64,000 nucleotides of DNA, taken from the IMG/VR virus record IMGVR_UViG_3300047666_001531, one strand, 5' to 3'. How positions within the stretch are numbered: position 1 is the first letter of the stretch; the number at the start of each line of letters is the position of its first letter. The stretch comes from a virus. Lineage: Duplodnaviria > Heunggongvirae > Uroviricota > Caudoviricetes. The translations under genes and the position numbers were made by a program. The notes beneath the pieces are model-generated. The model did no database searches. It worked only from the letters and a program-made list of their open reading frames with translations, and was not told the DNA's origin. Of this stretch, positions 28,173 to 37,698 are shown piece by piece.

Positions 28173-28664
28173 TTAAACAGATCCGTTGGTGACATGCTTT
28201 TCGAATACATCAACAGCAGTATCTGGCTTGGCATCACATATGAAGTTAGATTCTTTGAGTACGCTTCGGCCTGTTGGAGAGTAATAAAGCTTAAGCGTTC
28301 GATACCCTGTAATGAAATACTTTCCGGCTGGGTGTTTTTTGGCTAATGCCCCACCGATCCAGTAAGCATACTCAAGTGTACCGGCATTTATTTCGCTGTG
28401 CTTAACAATCTCTGATAGTCGTTGTCGAACGGTTGCCGCGAACTGCTCTTTCAAGAGGTTGTCAGCCTCCTTATCGCTAACGTGAGTGAACGAACCACTA
28501 AAACCCATGCCGTCACGCATTAACTCAAGTCTTTGCCTTAGTATGGTGACTTTTGCCCAAAAGCGCGTGTTGGGTTCCGGTTTGCCCATTTCAAGCAGTG
28601 AATTTATAGCATCCTCTAGCTTGGATATGTCTTTTGTTAAATTCAGTGGTGATGATTGATTCAT
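28173..28664 (-). CDS. hypothetical protein, 163 aa
   Basis: Refined to the ATG (MNQSS...) with aaagag SD. Confidence 0.45.
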   Translation of the reverse strand: MNQSSPLNLTKDISKLEDAINSLLEMGKPEPNTRFWAKVTILRQRLELMRDGMGFSGSFTHVSDKEADNLLKEQFAATVRQRLSEIVKHSEINAGTLEYAYWIGGALAKKHPAGKYFITGYRTLKLYYSPTGRSVLKESNFICDAKPDTAVDVFEKHVTNGSV

Positions 28665-28756
28665 GCTCAACTCTTTAAATTTACTGGTTTGTAGTAAAGT
28701 AATACATGTAAAATGTCAGTGTTGAAATTTTACATGCATAGCCGATGATTTTTAAT

Positions 28757-29401
28757 TTAAACGTACTGTGCGCTCATTTCTTGATGTCGATTGGCCATTG
28801 GATCAATCTTAACTGTAGTGAAACCTTCGGCACTTTCGGATGAGATGGTTTTGTCTTTAACTTCAGTTGTTAGCATTTGCAATAGACGTGTTTCGTTTGC
28901 GCCAAGTGTTGCGGTGTAATGAGCACGAAAACCACGACCAGAGCACACCATCCGTATTTCGCCTGTGCCTTCATTAATTTCAACAGGTGTAAGTGTTGTG
29001 AAATTTTTGTCACCGATGCGGATTTTTCCTTTTATCTTTTTACCAATCGCAATTTTATTGTCGCGCATAAGCGCTTTAAGAGATTGGCGGTTTACAGAGT
29101 ACTCAAGAATAGTCTCAACAGCATTTCGGCACCGGTAAATATCCATCCCGAACGGACCACCTTCAGAAGTCATGCCTTTCTTAAGGTATTCGGGTGTAAT
29201 AAAGTTGTCTTTAGGGAGTACGTCTTTCATTTCACCAATAATATATGCACTCATATCAGAGGTGTAAAAAATACCTTTTTGAAGCGCTTCAAAAACATGT
29301 TGCATTAGTCGAGCCTGGTCACGCGTTGGTGCTCCGTGGAAGTCTGTCATTGCAAATTGTGAGAATGGGTTGGTTTTGTGGCTAGATTGTAGTTGATACA
29401 T
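28757..29401 (-). CDS. hypothetical protein, 214 aa
   Basis: aaagaggcacactcATG start. Class-A promoter upstream. Confidence 0.5.
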   Translation of the reverse strand: MYQLQSSHKTNPFSQFAMTDFHGAPTRDQARLMQHVFEALQKGIFYTSDMSAYIIGEMKDVLPKDNFITPEYLKKGMTSEGGPFGMDIYRCRNAVETILEYSVNRQSLKALMRDNKIAIGKKIKGKIRIGDKNFTTLTPVEINEGTGEIRMVCSGRGFRAHYTATLGANETRLLQMLTTEVKDKTISSESAEGFTTVKIDPMANRHQEMSAQYV

Positions 29402-29430
29402 GAGTGTGCCTCTTTATTAAATATACAACA

Positions 29431-29466
29431 ACTTTATCATAATGAACTAAAATGTCAATCATTAAT
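29431..29466 (-). promoter_or_regulatory. class-A promoter (minus strand)
   Basis: Reverse complement reads ttaATGATTGACAttttagttcattaTGaTAAAGT. Confidence 0.55.
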
Positions 29467-29512
29467 TTCTTTATATGCAAAAACAAACATCGTGAAATGA
29501 TGAACAAAGGTG

Positions 29513-29542
29513 TTGCGAATATTATCATTTTGAAGTATATTA
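29513..29542 (+). promoter_or_regulatory. sigma70-like promoter (TTGCGA, 17 nt spacer, TATATT)
   Basis: Hexamers with ideal spacing upstream of 29626. Confidence 0.4.
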
Positions 29543-29625
29543 GGTTAATCAAATAAAAGCTTCAAGAGCCGGAACAATATTATCTGCGTGATAATATGTG
29601 TTCAAACTTAATCTTAAGGATAATT

Positions 29626-30318
29626 ATGTACATTAATTCAAAAAGCACCGCATTACCTATCATTTTGGCAATGACATCGTTTCAAGCGAAAGCTAACGAT
29701 GCATTAAAACCGGATTGGTTGACTAACCCCCCACCTTATTTACGAGCGGCTTTTGTCGAGAGTGGGGAAAATCTGGACTGGCTAAATTTCAAGTGGTGGA
29801 GGGGCGGAGAGGTTAACATGCCTGAAGCAATCACTGAGATGATTGATATATTGCACTTCTATCTATCTCATGAAATTATTGCACACGACGGTGAAGCAGA
29901 ATCAGCTACTCAGTATATTGCAAACCAATTCCATGATGTGTCGCCTGATGGCGGTTTCAGTTTTGATGGCAATTTTTATTCATATAAATCCTTAGATCTT
30001 CTTACTAAAGTTGAGTTGCTAGGTGGCCTTGCAACGGTACGTCGAACTGAGTGGGGCTTGTTTGCCTCGATCATGATGGATATGGGTGTTTCTTTTGACG
30101 CTCTATATCGTCTATACATTGGTAAGAACGCACTGGTTATGCTTCGCTCTAAGCACGGCTATAAGCAGGGCACTTACCTGAAGATTTGGGATGATGGGGA
30201 AGAGGATAACGCTCATCTTAATCGTTATATGGAGTCGCTTGAGCTTGACGCAAATTTGTTTGATAATATTTTTGGTTTAATGGAAGGTCATTACTTGAGC
30301 AAAGTGAAATTTGTTTAA
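29626..30318 (+). CDS. secreted hypothetical protein, 230 aa
   Basis: Refined start MYINSKSTALPIILAMTSFQAKA (signal peptide). aaggataattATG. Confidence 0.5.
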   Translation: MYINSKSTALPIILAMTSFQAKANDALKPDWLTNPPPYLRAAFVESGENLDWLNFKWWRGGEVNMPEAITEMIDILHFYLSHEIIAHDGEAESATQYIANQFHDVSPDGGFSFDGNFYSYKSLDLLTKVELLGGLATVRRTEWGLFASIMMDMGVSFDALYRLYIGKNALVMLRSKHGYKQGTYLKIWDDGEEDNAHLNRYMESLELDANLFDNIFGLMEGHYLSKVKFV

Positions 30319-30378
30319 TAACATTTCCTTCAAAGGGCAAGTTTGTCCTTGTCTTTTGAGTTGGATTTGATTTAAGCT

Positions 30379-30409
30379 ACGTAATATCGCCACGATGGTG
30401 ATATTACGT
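30379..30409. promoter_or_regulatory. inverted repeat ACGTAATATC, 11 nt spacer, GATATTACGT upstream of yqiJ
   Basis: 10-bp perfect inverted repeat 25 nt upstream of the yqiJ ATG. Confidence 0.45.
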
Positions 30410-30433
30410 GGCAAAGAAGCTAGGAAAACCTAT

Positions 30434-31054
30434 ATGTTCATTGAATTTTTAACCCACGAGGCGAATGCCCCGTATTTTTTCGCGCTATGCTTTTTAGTAC
30501 TGCTTTTCGCTTTTGAAATACTAGGTATGCTTATTGGTATGAGTGTAAGTCATGCGTGTGACAGTATCATTGATTTTGATGTTGATACCGACATGGGTGG
30601 TCATTTATCACTATTGGGGCTTGGTAAAGTGCCGTTGATTGTGTGGTTGACGTTTTTGATGGGCTTGTTTGTTATTTTTGGTTATGGCTTTAATGCGGTC
30701 ACCAATTCGATTGTTGGCTATACACCAATATGGATATCGATAGTGCCTGTTTCTATTGCCGCTTTTGTTTTTAATGGTGTTTTATGCCGTGCTTTTGCAA
30801 AGGTGTTCCCTAAGCTTGAGACAACGGCGGTAAGTACGGACACATTTAAGGGTAGAGTGGCTAGGTTAACGCTTGGTGATGCTACGTACACAGATTTTGC
30901 TATGGGTGTTGTGCAAGATGAACATGATCATACTCATAACATAAGAGTTCAAGCGATGGATGATGGCGTTGTCATCGAACAAGGTAATGAAGTCATTCTC
31001 GTTGAAAAAGTAAAGGATAGCACTATTTGGTTAGCTATCCCTTATGAAATATAA
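30434..31054 (+). CDS. yqiJ: YqiJ-like inner-membrane protein (NfeD-like partner of flotillin), 206 aa
   Basis: Refined start MFIEFLTHEANAPYFFALCFLVLL. Four TM N-terminal half plus soluble C-terminal beta domain. Immediately upstream of the flotillin gene, as in E. coli yqiJK. Confidence 0.5.
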   Translation: MFIEFLTHEANAPYFFALCFLVLLFAFEILGMLIGMSVSHACDSIIDFDVDTDMGGHLSLLGLGKVPLIVWLTFLMGLFVIFGYGFNAVTNSIVGYTPIWISIVPVSIAAFVFNGVLCRAFAKVFPKLETTAVSTDTFKGRVARLTLGDATYTDFAMGVVQDEHDHTHNIRVQAMDDGVVIEQGNEVILVEKVKDSTIWLAIPYEI

Positions 31055-31114
31055 GTCGCATTTTGCGCATATTTTTTTTAAATATTTAAACTATCTATTT
31101 TGGAGTAAGAGTTA

Positions 31115-32896
31115 ATGGAATTAAGTAATATTGTTGGTTATGCGGTCGCCGCAGGTGTCGTTTTAATTGTGCTTTTTATTGTTGGATTTTCTTTATCGAG
31201 AATGTATCGAAAATCGACCAAAGATACAGCGTTGGTTAAGACAGGTTTAGGTGGTGAAAAAGTCATCACAACTGGCGGATTTTTGCTGATACCTGGGTTT
31301 CAAGAATTAATGAAGGTCAACATGCGTACCTTGCGCATCCGTGTTGAGCGTAAAGAAAATGAGGGTCTGATCACGTTGGACTGTATGCGTGTGGACATAG
31401 CAAGTGATTTCTTTGTACGCGTAGCGTCAGATGATGAATCAATTAAAAAGGCCGCACAAGCACTAGGCGATCGTTTATCAGATCCAGATAAAGTAAAAGA
31501 GTTGATGGAGTCAAAGTTCGTTGGTGCCCTTCGTTCAGCAGCCGCATCAATGTCAATGGATGAGTTGCATAAAAACCGCCCTGAATTTGTTTTAGCGGTG
31601 CAAAAAGCAATCGCTGAAGAACTTGCCCAAAATGGTCTTGAGCTTGAGTCAGTTTCACTAACCAGCTTCGACCAAACTAAGCTAGATTTCTTTGATCCTG
31701 ACAATGCATTTGACGCCCAAGGTCGAGCGAAGCTTGCTGAAACTATTGAAGGTCGCAAGAAGCGCACTAACGAAGTTGAACAAGAAAACCGTATTGCCAT
31801 CGAGCAGCGCAATCTTGAAGCTGAAAAAGAGTCACTAGCGATCAAGCAGCAAAAACGTGAAGCTGAAATTTTGCAAGAGCAAGAAATTCAAGTTAAAGAA
31901 GCTGAGCAAAAAGCGTTAATTGCTGGCAAACGTGAAGAGCAAGAACAAAAAGAGCGTCAAGCTGAAATTTCGAAAAACCGAGCTATCGAATCGTCTGAAA
32001 TCGAAAAGAAATTGGCGTTAGATAAAATGAAAATTGAGCAAAATCGTGATTTGGAAGTTGCAGAGCAAGATCGCCAAATCATAATTGCACAAAAATCTGA
32101 GGCGGAAAGTGCCGCTCGTGCAAAAGCCGCAGAAGCGGAAAAAGATCGGGTTGAAAAAGAAGAGGCGGTAATCACTGCCGGAAAAGTAGCCGGCGCAGAA
32201 CGTCAGAAACAGATAGATGTTATCGATGCTCGCCGTAAAGCTGAACGTGAAGCTGTTGCCATTACTGTTGCTGCTGAAGCCTCGAAACAAGCGGCGCAAG
32301 ATGATGCTGAATCTAAGTTAATCGTTGCCAAAGCTGATGCTGATGCAATTCTGATGCGTGCAGACGCTGATGAGAAGAAATATGACGTTGATGCAGCTGG
32401 TCGTCGTAAGTTAAATGAAGCGGATAACGCCCTGAGTGCTGAACAAGTAGAGCTACGTCGTGCATTAGCTACGTTAGAAGCATTGCCACAAGTTATTGCG
32501 CAAGCGGTTGAGCCTCTTAAGAACATCGATGGTATCAAAATCTTGCAAGGTTATAACGGCACCAGCAATGTTGGTTCGGGTAATGATGGTAGTGGTGCTT
32601 CTGGCAACCCTATGTCACAGTTAACGAACGCTGCATTAGCATACAAAGCACAATCACCTGTAGTTACCGCCTTGCTTAGTGAGTTAGGTCTTGGTGGTTC
32701 GCTTGAAGAGCTTGTAGATGGCAAATCAATTGCAAGTTTGATGTCTAACGCGACCAATAGTGTTAAGTCAATCGCTGACAGCACACCAAAGGCTGATAAT
32801 GGTTCAGCTGATGTGAGTGACAATCCTGATTTTACGTCGGTTGAAAATTTCACAACAGCAGAAGCTGACGTTTCAGAACGAAACGCCGACAGCTAA
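31115..32896 (+). CDS. yqiK: flotillin-family SPFH/band-7 protein (YqiK-like), 593 aa
   Basis: N-terminal TM, SPFH domain (LVKTGLGGEKVITTGG...), then a long coiled-coil of EA/EQ/KR repeats typical of flotillins. Confidence 0.7.
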   Translation: MELSNIVGYAVAAGVVLIVLFIVGFSLSRMYRKSTKDTALVKTGLGGEKVITTGGFLLIPGFQELMKVNMRTLRIRVERKENEGLITLDCMRVDIASDFFVRVASDDESIKKAAQALGDRLSDPDKVKELMESKFVGALRSAAASMSMDELHKNRPEFVLAVQKAIAEELAQNGLELESVSLTSFDQTKLDFFDPDNAFDAQGRAKLAETIEGRKKRTNEVEQENRIAIEQRNLEAEKESLAIKQQKREAEILQEQEIQVKEAEQKALIAGKREEQEQKERQAEISKNRAIESSEIEKKLALDKMKIEQNRDLEVAEQDRQIIIAQKSEAESAARAKAAEAEKDRVEKEEAVITAGKVAGAERQKQIDVIDARRKAEREAVAITVAAEASKQAAQDDAESKLIVAKADADAILMRADADEKKYDVDAAGRRKLNEADNALSAEQVELRRALATLEALPQVIAQAVEPLKNIDGIKILQGYNGTSNVGSGNDGSGASGNPMSQLTNAALAYKAQSPVVTALLSELGLGGSLEELVDGKSIASLMSNATNSVKSIADSTPKADNGSADVSDNPDFTSVENFTTAEADVSERNADS

Positions 32897-32918
32897 GTGT
32901 TAGTGTAAACGTGATTAA

Positions 32919-32948
32919 GGGTGTTCATTGCGAACACCCTTTTTTTTG
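32919..32948 (+). terminator. rho-independent terminator (gggtgttc..gaacaccc, then T8)
   Basis: Perfect 8-bp stem plus T-run after the 32896 stop. Confidence 0.65.
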
Positions 32949-33011
32949 CTCTTTTTTTTTTGAGTTTTGGTTTGTGTTGGTGGTAGAAGATGTTTATTGG
33001 CAAAAGACAAC

Positions 33012-33047
33012 AAAACGATTGACAAAATTCTTTATTTTGATAAAGTG
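33012..33047 (+). promoter_or_regulatory. class-A promoter
   Basis: aaaacGATTGACAAAattctttatttTGaTAAAGT. Confidence 0.6.
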
Positions 33048-33070
33048 GTCTTATTGAAAGAGAGAAACTT

Positions 33071-33445
33071 ATGTCTGAAGAAAAACAGCAGTTAATTAAT
33101 AAAATTTTAAGTTTGGGTGGCAATAGTGTGACAATGCCATCGATTGAAGAAGATTTAGATGAGTTGCTTGTAAGAGGTCGTCTTAGTCAGTTTGACAGTA
33201 TTCGTATGATGGTCGGTAGGCCTTCTCAGTGTCATGAGAACTCGGCTTTGCTTTGGGACAAAAATCGCAATGCTGTTACTATAGTTACAGGTTATGCCTT
33301 GCATGGTGGTATGTGGTATCAACATACATGGTGTGAGAGAAAAGATGGTGTTTTGGTGGAAACAACCGCCGAAAGAGAAGCATACTTTGGTTTTGAATTA
33401 ACGCCCGAAGAATGTGAGAAGTTTTATTTTGATAATGCGTGGTAA
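33071..33445 (+). CDS. hypothetical protein, 124 aa
   Basis: gagagaaacttATG start. Confidence 0.45.
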   Translation: MSEEKQQLINKILSLGGNSVTMPSIEEDLDELLVRGRLSQFDSIRMMVGRPSQCHENSALLWDKNRNAVTIVTGYALHGGMWYQHTWCERKDGVLVETTAEREAYFGFELTPEECEKFYFDNAW

Positions 33446-33450
33446 AAAAT

Positions 33451-33963
33451 ATGAAAGTAGTTGCATTTAGTGATGCGTCTTATGATCGAAAAACTGGTGC
33501 TGGTGGCGTTGGTCTTTATTTTCAAAACAAAGAAGAAGATGATGCGTCTGTATCAATTCCGGTAACTGGAATGCTTGACTGTAACCATGGCGAGTTATTT
33601 GCGATCAGCGTGCTAATGACATCGCTTAGCAAAAACATGTCTCCTGAAGACCTAATTAGTGTGCATTTGACAGCTTACGTTGACAGTGATCATGCTGTGG
33701 ATTTGATCCAGGGTCGCCGTAAAGTGAAAGATGGTCGAGATCTAGAGTCCGTTACTCTTAAAAATGTGTTGTCTTTGATGGAGTCCTTTCAGTGTGTAGA
33801 GCTTGTTTGTCTAAAAGCGCATCGAGGTTTTAGTCCGCTTGGTATGGCGAATGAGCATTGTGATCGTTTGGCTAAAAAGGCTATGCGTAACCTTCGGGAT
33901 AACAATGTTAAAGCAGTTTCAGTTGCAGATTTTTTTGAAAAAGCTCATCCTAAGGCCGCTTAG
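33451..33963 (+). CDS. RNase H-fold protein (RNase HI-like), 170 aa
   Basis: AFSDASYD..GAGG (first Asp), NHGELFAI (Glu), YVDSDHAV (Asp) and HRGFSPLGMANEHCDRLAKKA, which parallels the RNase HI H-x-G...NE-x-AD-x-LA block. Confidence 0.5.
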   Translation: MKVVAFSDASYDRKTGAGGVGLYFQNKEEDDASVSIPVTGMLDCNHGELFAISVLMTSLSKNMSPEDLISVHLTAYVDSDHAVDLIQGRRKVKDGRDLESVTLKNVLSLMESFQCVELVCLKAHRGFSPLGMANEHCDRLAKKAMRNLRDNNVKAVSVADFFEKAHPKAA

Positions 33964-34068
33964 CTCAGTAAGATAAAACCGCATAAAACCGGCTTTAACC
34001 TATAAAAGTTAGTTTTATGTTGGCTTTAACCGATTTAAAGTGGTATTATTTCGTCGAGAGGTGAAATT

Positions 34069-34392
34069 ATGTCATTAGAGTTAATGTCAGATGAACAAGT
34101 GCTAGAGGCGCTTGGTGAAAAGTTTGAAGCGTTTAGATTAAGCAAAGGGCTTCGCGATCAGGATGTACGTGAAACTGGTGGTGTAAGTAAAGACGCTCTA
34201 CATAAATTTAAAAATCAGGGTGGTAATATCACGTTGATTAATTTTGTTAAAATTCTTCGGGGTTCTGGCGAGCTTTCTGCGCTTGAGCGATTGTTCAATG
34301 TCCCCCCTAGTCTCCCTAAAAAAGACAGTAAGAAGCCTGTAGCAAGGATCCGCAAGAAGAAGGTTAATAAGCCGATACGTTGGAAGGAGTAG
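34069..34392 (+). CDS. hipB: HipB-like XRE-family HTH antitoxin, 107 aa
   Basis: Small HTH protein immediately upstream of, and 6 nt from, hipA. ggctttaacc direct repeats in its promoter region. Confidence 0.55.
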   Translation: MSLELMSDEQVLEALGEKFEAFRLSKGLRDQDVRETGGVSKDALHKFKNQGGNITLINFVKILRGSGELSALERLFNVPPSLPKKDSKKPVARIRKKKVNKPIRWKE

Positions 34393-34398
34393 CAATAA

Positions 34399-35772
34399 AT
34401 GTCTCAAGTTATAGAAGTTAAATTGTGGGGTGTCACCGTTGGCCGCATGGGTTATGTGGATGACACTGGTGTTGCGTTATTTGAATACGACGAAGCATTT
34501 TTAGGCTCAGATGTATGTATTTCGCCAATCCACATGCCAACAAGCCAAGAACGTTTTCAATTCCCTGACATAAGTGAAAAAACCTTCCACGGTCTACCAG
34601 GTGTGTTTGCAGATTCTTTGCCTGATACATTTGGTAACCAGCTGATTGACTTGTACATGGCTGAAAAGGGCATTGCATCGAATGAAATCACCGCCCTTGA
34701 TCGACTGCTTTATATCGGCAATAGAGGCATGGGTGCTTTGGAGTACTCACCTTCAACAAAATTTGGTGAAGAAACGCCAACAGTAGCGTTAGATATCCAG
34801 ATGCTTTCAGAGTTAGCTTCTATGGTGGCATCTAAATCGAAAGAAAAAAGCGATAAAATTCTGCATTCAAAAGATGCGGCTACCGCGATCAAGTTACTAC
34901 GTATTGGTAGTAGTGCCGGCGGTGCACGTTCAAAAGCGTTGGTAAGTACGTCACCAAATGGTGAATTTCTTGATGGTACTTACGACCACGGTACGGATCA
35001 CAAGTACTGGTTGATGAAATTCGACAGTGAGGGTAATCGTGATCGTGATGGTTTCGATCCTAAAGGTATGACGAAGGTTGAGTATATCTACGGTGAGATT
35101 GCAAAAAACTTGGGGCTTGATGTGCCTAATTTTGATTATCACGAAGAAAACGGTGATTTTCATTTCATGATTGAACGTTTTGACCGGTTGAAAGGTGAAA
35201 ATAAGATGGACAAGGTGCATTATGCGTCTTGGTCTGGCCTTGAGCATGCTCACAGGGACACTACGGGTGCATATTCTTATGAACAGCTAATCTTGCTAGC
35301 AAGAAAGTTAAAATTGCCTCAGACGTCGATTGAGGAGCTTTATCGTCGAGCTGTTTTCAATGTAATTGGTCGCAATCAAGATGATCACACTAAGAACTTT
35401 GGCTTTTTAATGAATAAGTCTGGTGAGTGGAGTTTATCAAAAGCGTTTGACTTAACGTATTCTTATGATCCTCAAGGTCGTTGGACACGTGTTCATCAGA
35501 TAAAACTTAATGGCAAGCAAGATGATTTCACTTATGATGATTTGGCGAAGCTTGGGCGTCACTGTAACCTGTCTTTGCCTGCAATTAGAGAGATAGTTGC
35601 AAGAACGGTAGATGGCTTTAATGCTTTTGATGATCTGGCCAAAAAATTGGAAGTGACACCAGAGTTAAGAACGACAGTTATTCAAAATATGAGAACGAGC
35701 AGTATTGTTGTGCCTCAGCCTCAAAAACCTAGCAAAACTGTGGATGCACCCAGCTTTAAAAAAGGGCGTTGA
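34399..35772 (+). CDS. hipA: HipA-family serine/threonine kinase toxin, 457 aa
   Basis: N-terminal LWGVTVG...ALFEY module and catalytic block QDDHTKNFGFLM...AFDLTYS. Confidence 0.8.
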   Translation: MSQVIEVKLWGVTVGRMGYVDDTGVALFEYDEAFLGSDVCISPIHMPTSQERFQFPDISEKTFHGLPGVFADSLPDTFGNQLIDLYMAEKGIASNEITALDRLLYIGNRGMGALEYSPSTKFGEETPTVALDIQMLSELASMVASKSKEKSDKILHSKDAATAIKLLRIGSSAGGARSKALVSTSPNGEFLDGTYDHGTDHKYWLMKFDSEGNRDRDGFDPKGMTKVEYIYGEIAKNLGLDVPNFDYHEENGDFHFMIERFDRLKGENKMDKVHYASWSGLEHAHRDTTGAYSYEQLILLARKLKLPQTSIEELYRRAVFNVIGRNQDDHTKNFGFLMNKSGEWSLSKAFDLTYSYDPQGRWTRVHQIKLNGKQDDFTYDDLAKLGRHCNLSLPAIREIVARTVDGFNAFDDLAKKLEVTPELRTTVIQNMRTSSIVVPQPQKPSKTVDAPSFKKGR

Positions 35773-35784
35773 AATAATTTCTAG

Positions 35785-35798
35785 TCTGGTAAGACCAG
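35785..35798 (+). terminator. weak terminator hairpin (tctggt-aag-accaga) after hipA
   Basis: 6-bp stem followed by ttaattatt. Confidence 0.3.
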
Positions 35799-35852
35799 AT
35801 TAATTATTGTGCTAAAATGCGACATCATTTAATAAGGGAGTATAGAAGTGAT

Positions 35853-35978
35853 GTTGGTAAGTGTATTGTTATTTTTAGCGATGGGTTTGGTTGTTGGTTT
35901 TGTTTTTTTGCATAAATATCTAAAGGATGTTTTTTCTCAAATTGATATCCCGATGCACGGTGAAGATATTTTTTAATG
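35853..35978 (+). CDS. possible small TM peptide, 41 aa
   Basis: aagggagtatagaagtgATG start. MLVSVLLFLAMGLVVGFVFL hydrophobic helix. Confidence 0.25.
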
Positions 35979-36046
35979 GCATGTGCTATATTTCATTTTG
36001 ATAATATCGTTTAATTGAGCTAAACGACTAAATAACATTAAAAGGA

Positions 36047-36802
36047 ATGGGGTGTGGTATGTTTTTGTCTATAATGAAGTTTTTTTTCGACGTTAAAATA
36101 AAGCCTATGAATACTAAAGAAAGAAAAGTTTTGATAGAGCAGTTTTTCGAAGAGCAGGCTGAGTCACTTGGAGATAAGTGGCGATATCAGTCGGAAAAAT
36201 ATTATGTGGCGATTGACAGTTTAAGGGGTGATAATCCAATTGCGGATTACCCGACAGCTGAAGATTTTTTATTGTTGGTAAAAAACTCAAACCAAGATCA
36301 CCCAATGGTCAAGCTAGCATGGGAAGTTCTGAGTTATTTGCAGATAGATGCGGACTGCGAAATTAGTGACATTAAGCGAGTTTCTAAAGAGAGCTACCAG
36401 TATTTGTTTATGCAAAGAAAGCAAGTTGAGGAATACGTTGACAGCATGTTGATTGGAGGTTTTTGTGGACTTGTGACGGGTGCCAACAGTAAGGTTTCTA
36501 AAGTGGAGGTTGACAGTGTTTATGAAAAATCAAAAGCCCTTGAAACTCTGATATGTCATTTTCTTCGGGGCGGCATTGATACATCAACAATGAACGCATC
36601 AGAGCTGCAAAGCTATATGCATCAGGTTGGTGTTGCTCTGCACAATATCCCTCACAATATTGACAGTGGTGAGCCATTGAATTTAGAGCAGCTACAAAGT
36701 ATTGATGGTCTTGATCCTACATCTTCCTCAAAAGAGTGGGGAATGTTAGTTGAAAATGTAGCAAGTAAATTTGGCGATATACCACCTAAGGAACAAATGT
36801 GA
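36047..36802 (+). CDS. hypothetical protein, 251 aa
   Basis: aaaggaatggggtgtggtATG start. AT-rich block. Confidence 0.45.
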   Translation: MGCGMFLSIMKFFFDVKIKPMNTKERKVLIEQFFEEQAESLGDKWRYQSEKYYVAIDSLRGDNPIADYPTAEDFLLLVKNSNQDHPMVKLAWEVLSYLQIDADCEISDIKRVSKESYQYLFMQRKQVEEYVDSMLIGGFCGLVTGANSKVSKVEVDSVYEKSKALETLICHFLRGGIDTSTMNASELQSYMHQVGVALHNIPHNIDSGEPLNLEQLQSIDGLDPTSSSKEWGMLVENVASKFGDIPPKEQM

Positions 36803-37059
36803 TTAAAGATGAGAAGCCATACATAAGCCATAAAGGTGAAAGTTTTAGATGTTACTTGGCGGGATACTTAAACCCTGTTCAGCATAAATGGTCATTCGTA
36901 ATTGATGGTGTCGATAGTGACATAAAGCACAACGAAAAAATCGATTTTATGGGCATGACCCTAACGGTCTGTTTTTCTTTGAGAAGAGATGCAGTAACCA
37001 CAAAACCTTTTAATAATGTTACCGGCAAAGAAACTTACATTGAAGCTTGGTTGGTATAG
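36799..37059 (+). CDS. hypothetical protein, 86 aa
   Basis: ATGA overlap with the upstream gene. Confidence 0.4.
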   Translation: MIKDEKPYISHKGESFRCYLAGYLNPVQHKWSFVIDGVDSDIKHNEKIDFMGMTLTVCFSLRRDAVTTKPFNNVTGKETYIEAWLV

Positions 37060-37071
37060 AGGAGTATAAGC

Positions 37072-37608
37072 ATGTCAGACCGAATAAGTTCCATTCACCT
37101 TAAGCAATTCATTGGTAGGTTGATTGAGGATGAATCAACTAAGGCAGAAGTACTTAGCCTGGTTGATAAGTATATAGGTACTGTTCAATCAGACAAACGC
37201 GATCTGGTTGACGGTATTGAACAGCTTCTCAATTCACCTGAAGATGGAAGAGTAAATGCCAAAGACCTAGTTAATAGGTTTGGTAAAATGCCGGATATTG
37301 TTTTTTCTAACGCTAAAATTCTTAAGCAAGAAATGAATGCGATTGTAATAACAAATTTGGCGGACTTGAATTTACACCTCGGTATTCCGATACTCATGAA
37401 GGTATACAACAAAGGTGGGTATAGTGACAAGGGTACGAAAGCAATCGGTGAGTATCACGGCACCCTTGAAGTGATAGGAACAAAAATTTGCCTTAGAGAA
37501 AACACAGGAGAAGTTCGGTGGTTTGTTGATTCAAGTGTTTCAAGGTATAGTAAATATATAGAGCGCATTCAAATATATCCACAACAAGAAAATCCGAGTG
37601 ACGAATAA
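37072..37608 (+). CDS. hypothetical protein, 178 aa
   Basis: gaggagtataagcATG start. Confidence 0.45.
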   Translation: MSDRISSIHLKQFIGRLIEDESTKAEVLSLVDKYIGTVQSDKRDLVDGIEQLLNSPEDGRVNAKDLVNRFGKMPDIVFSNAKILKQEMNAIVITNLADLNLHLGIPILMKVYNKGGYSDKGTKAIGEYHGTLEVIGTKICLRENTGEVRWFVDSSVSRYSKYIERIQIYPQQENPSDE

Positions 37609-37698
37609 AGAGCCAGATTATTTGTGTAAGTGAACTTTCGCGTTGAGTTATCGACTTTTTCACTCTAAAGAAATCAATATAGAAAGGTTGAATTTTAT

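Noticed and set aside
31300-32853. Stack of minus-strand ORFs (31300..31845, 31957..32538, 32551..32853) rich in Ala/Ser/Arg
   Set aside because: They are the reverse-complement reading of the flotillin EA/KR coiled-coil repeats, a codon-composition artefact.
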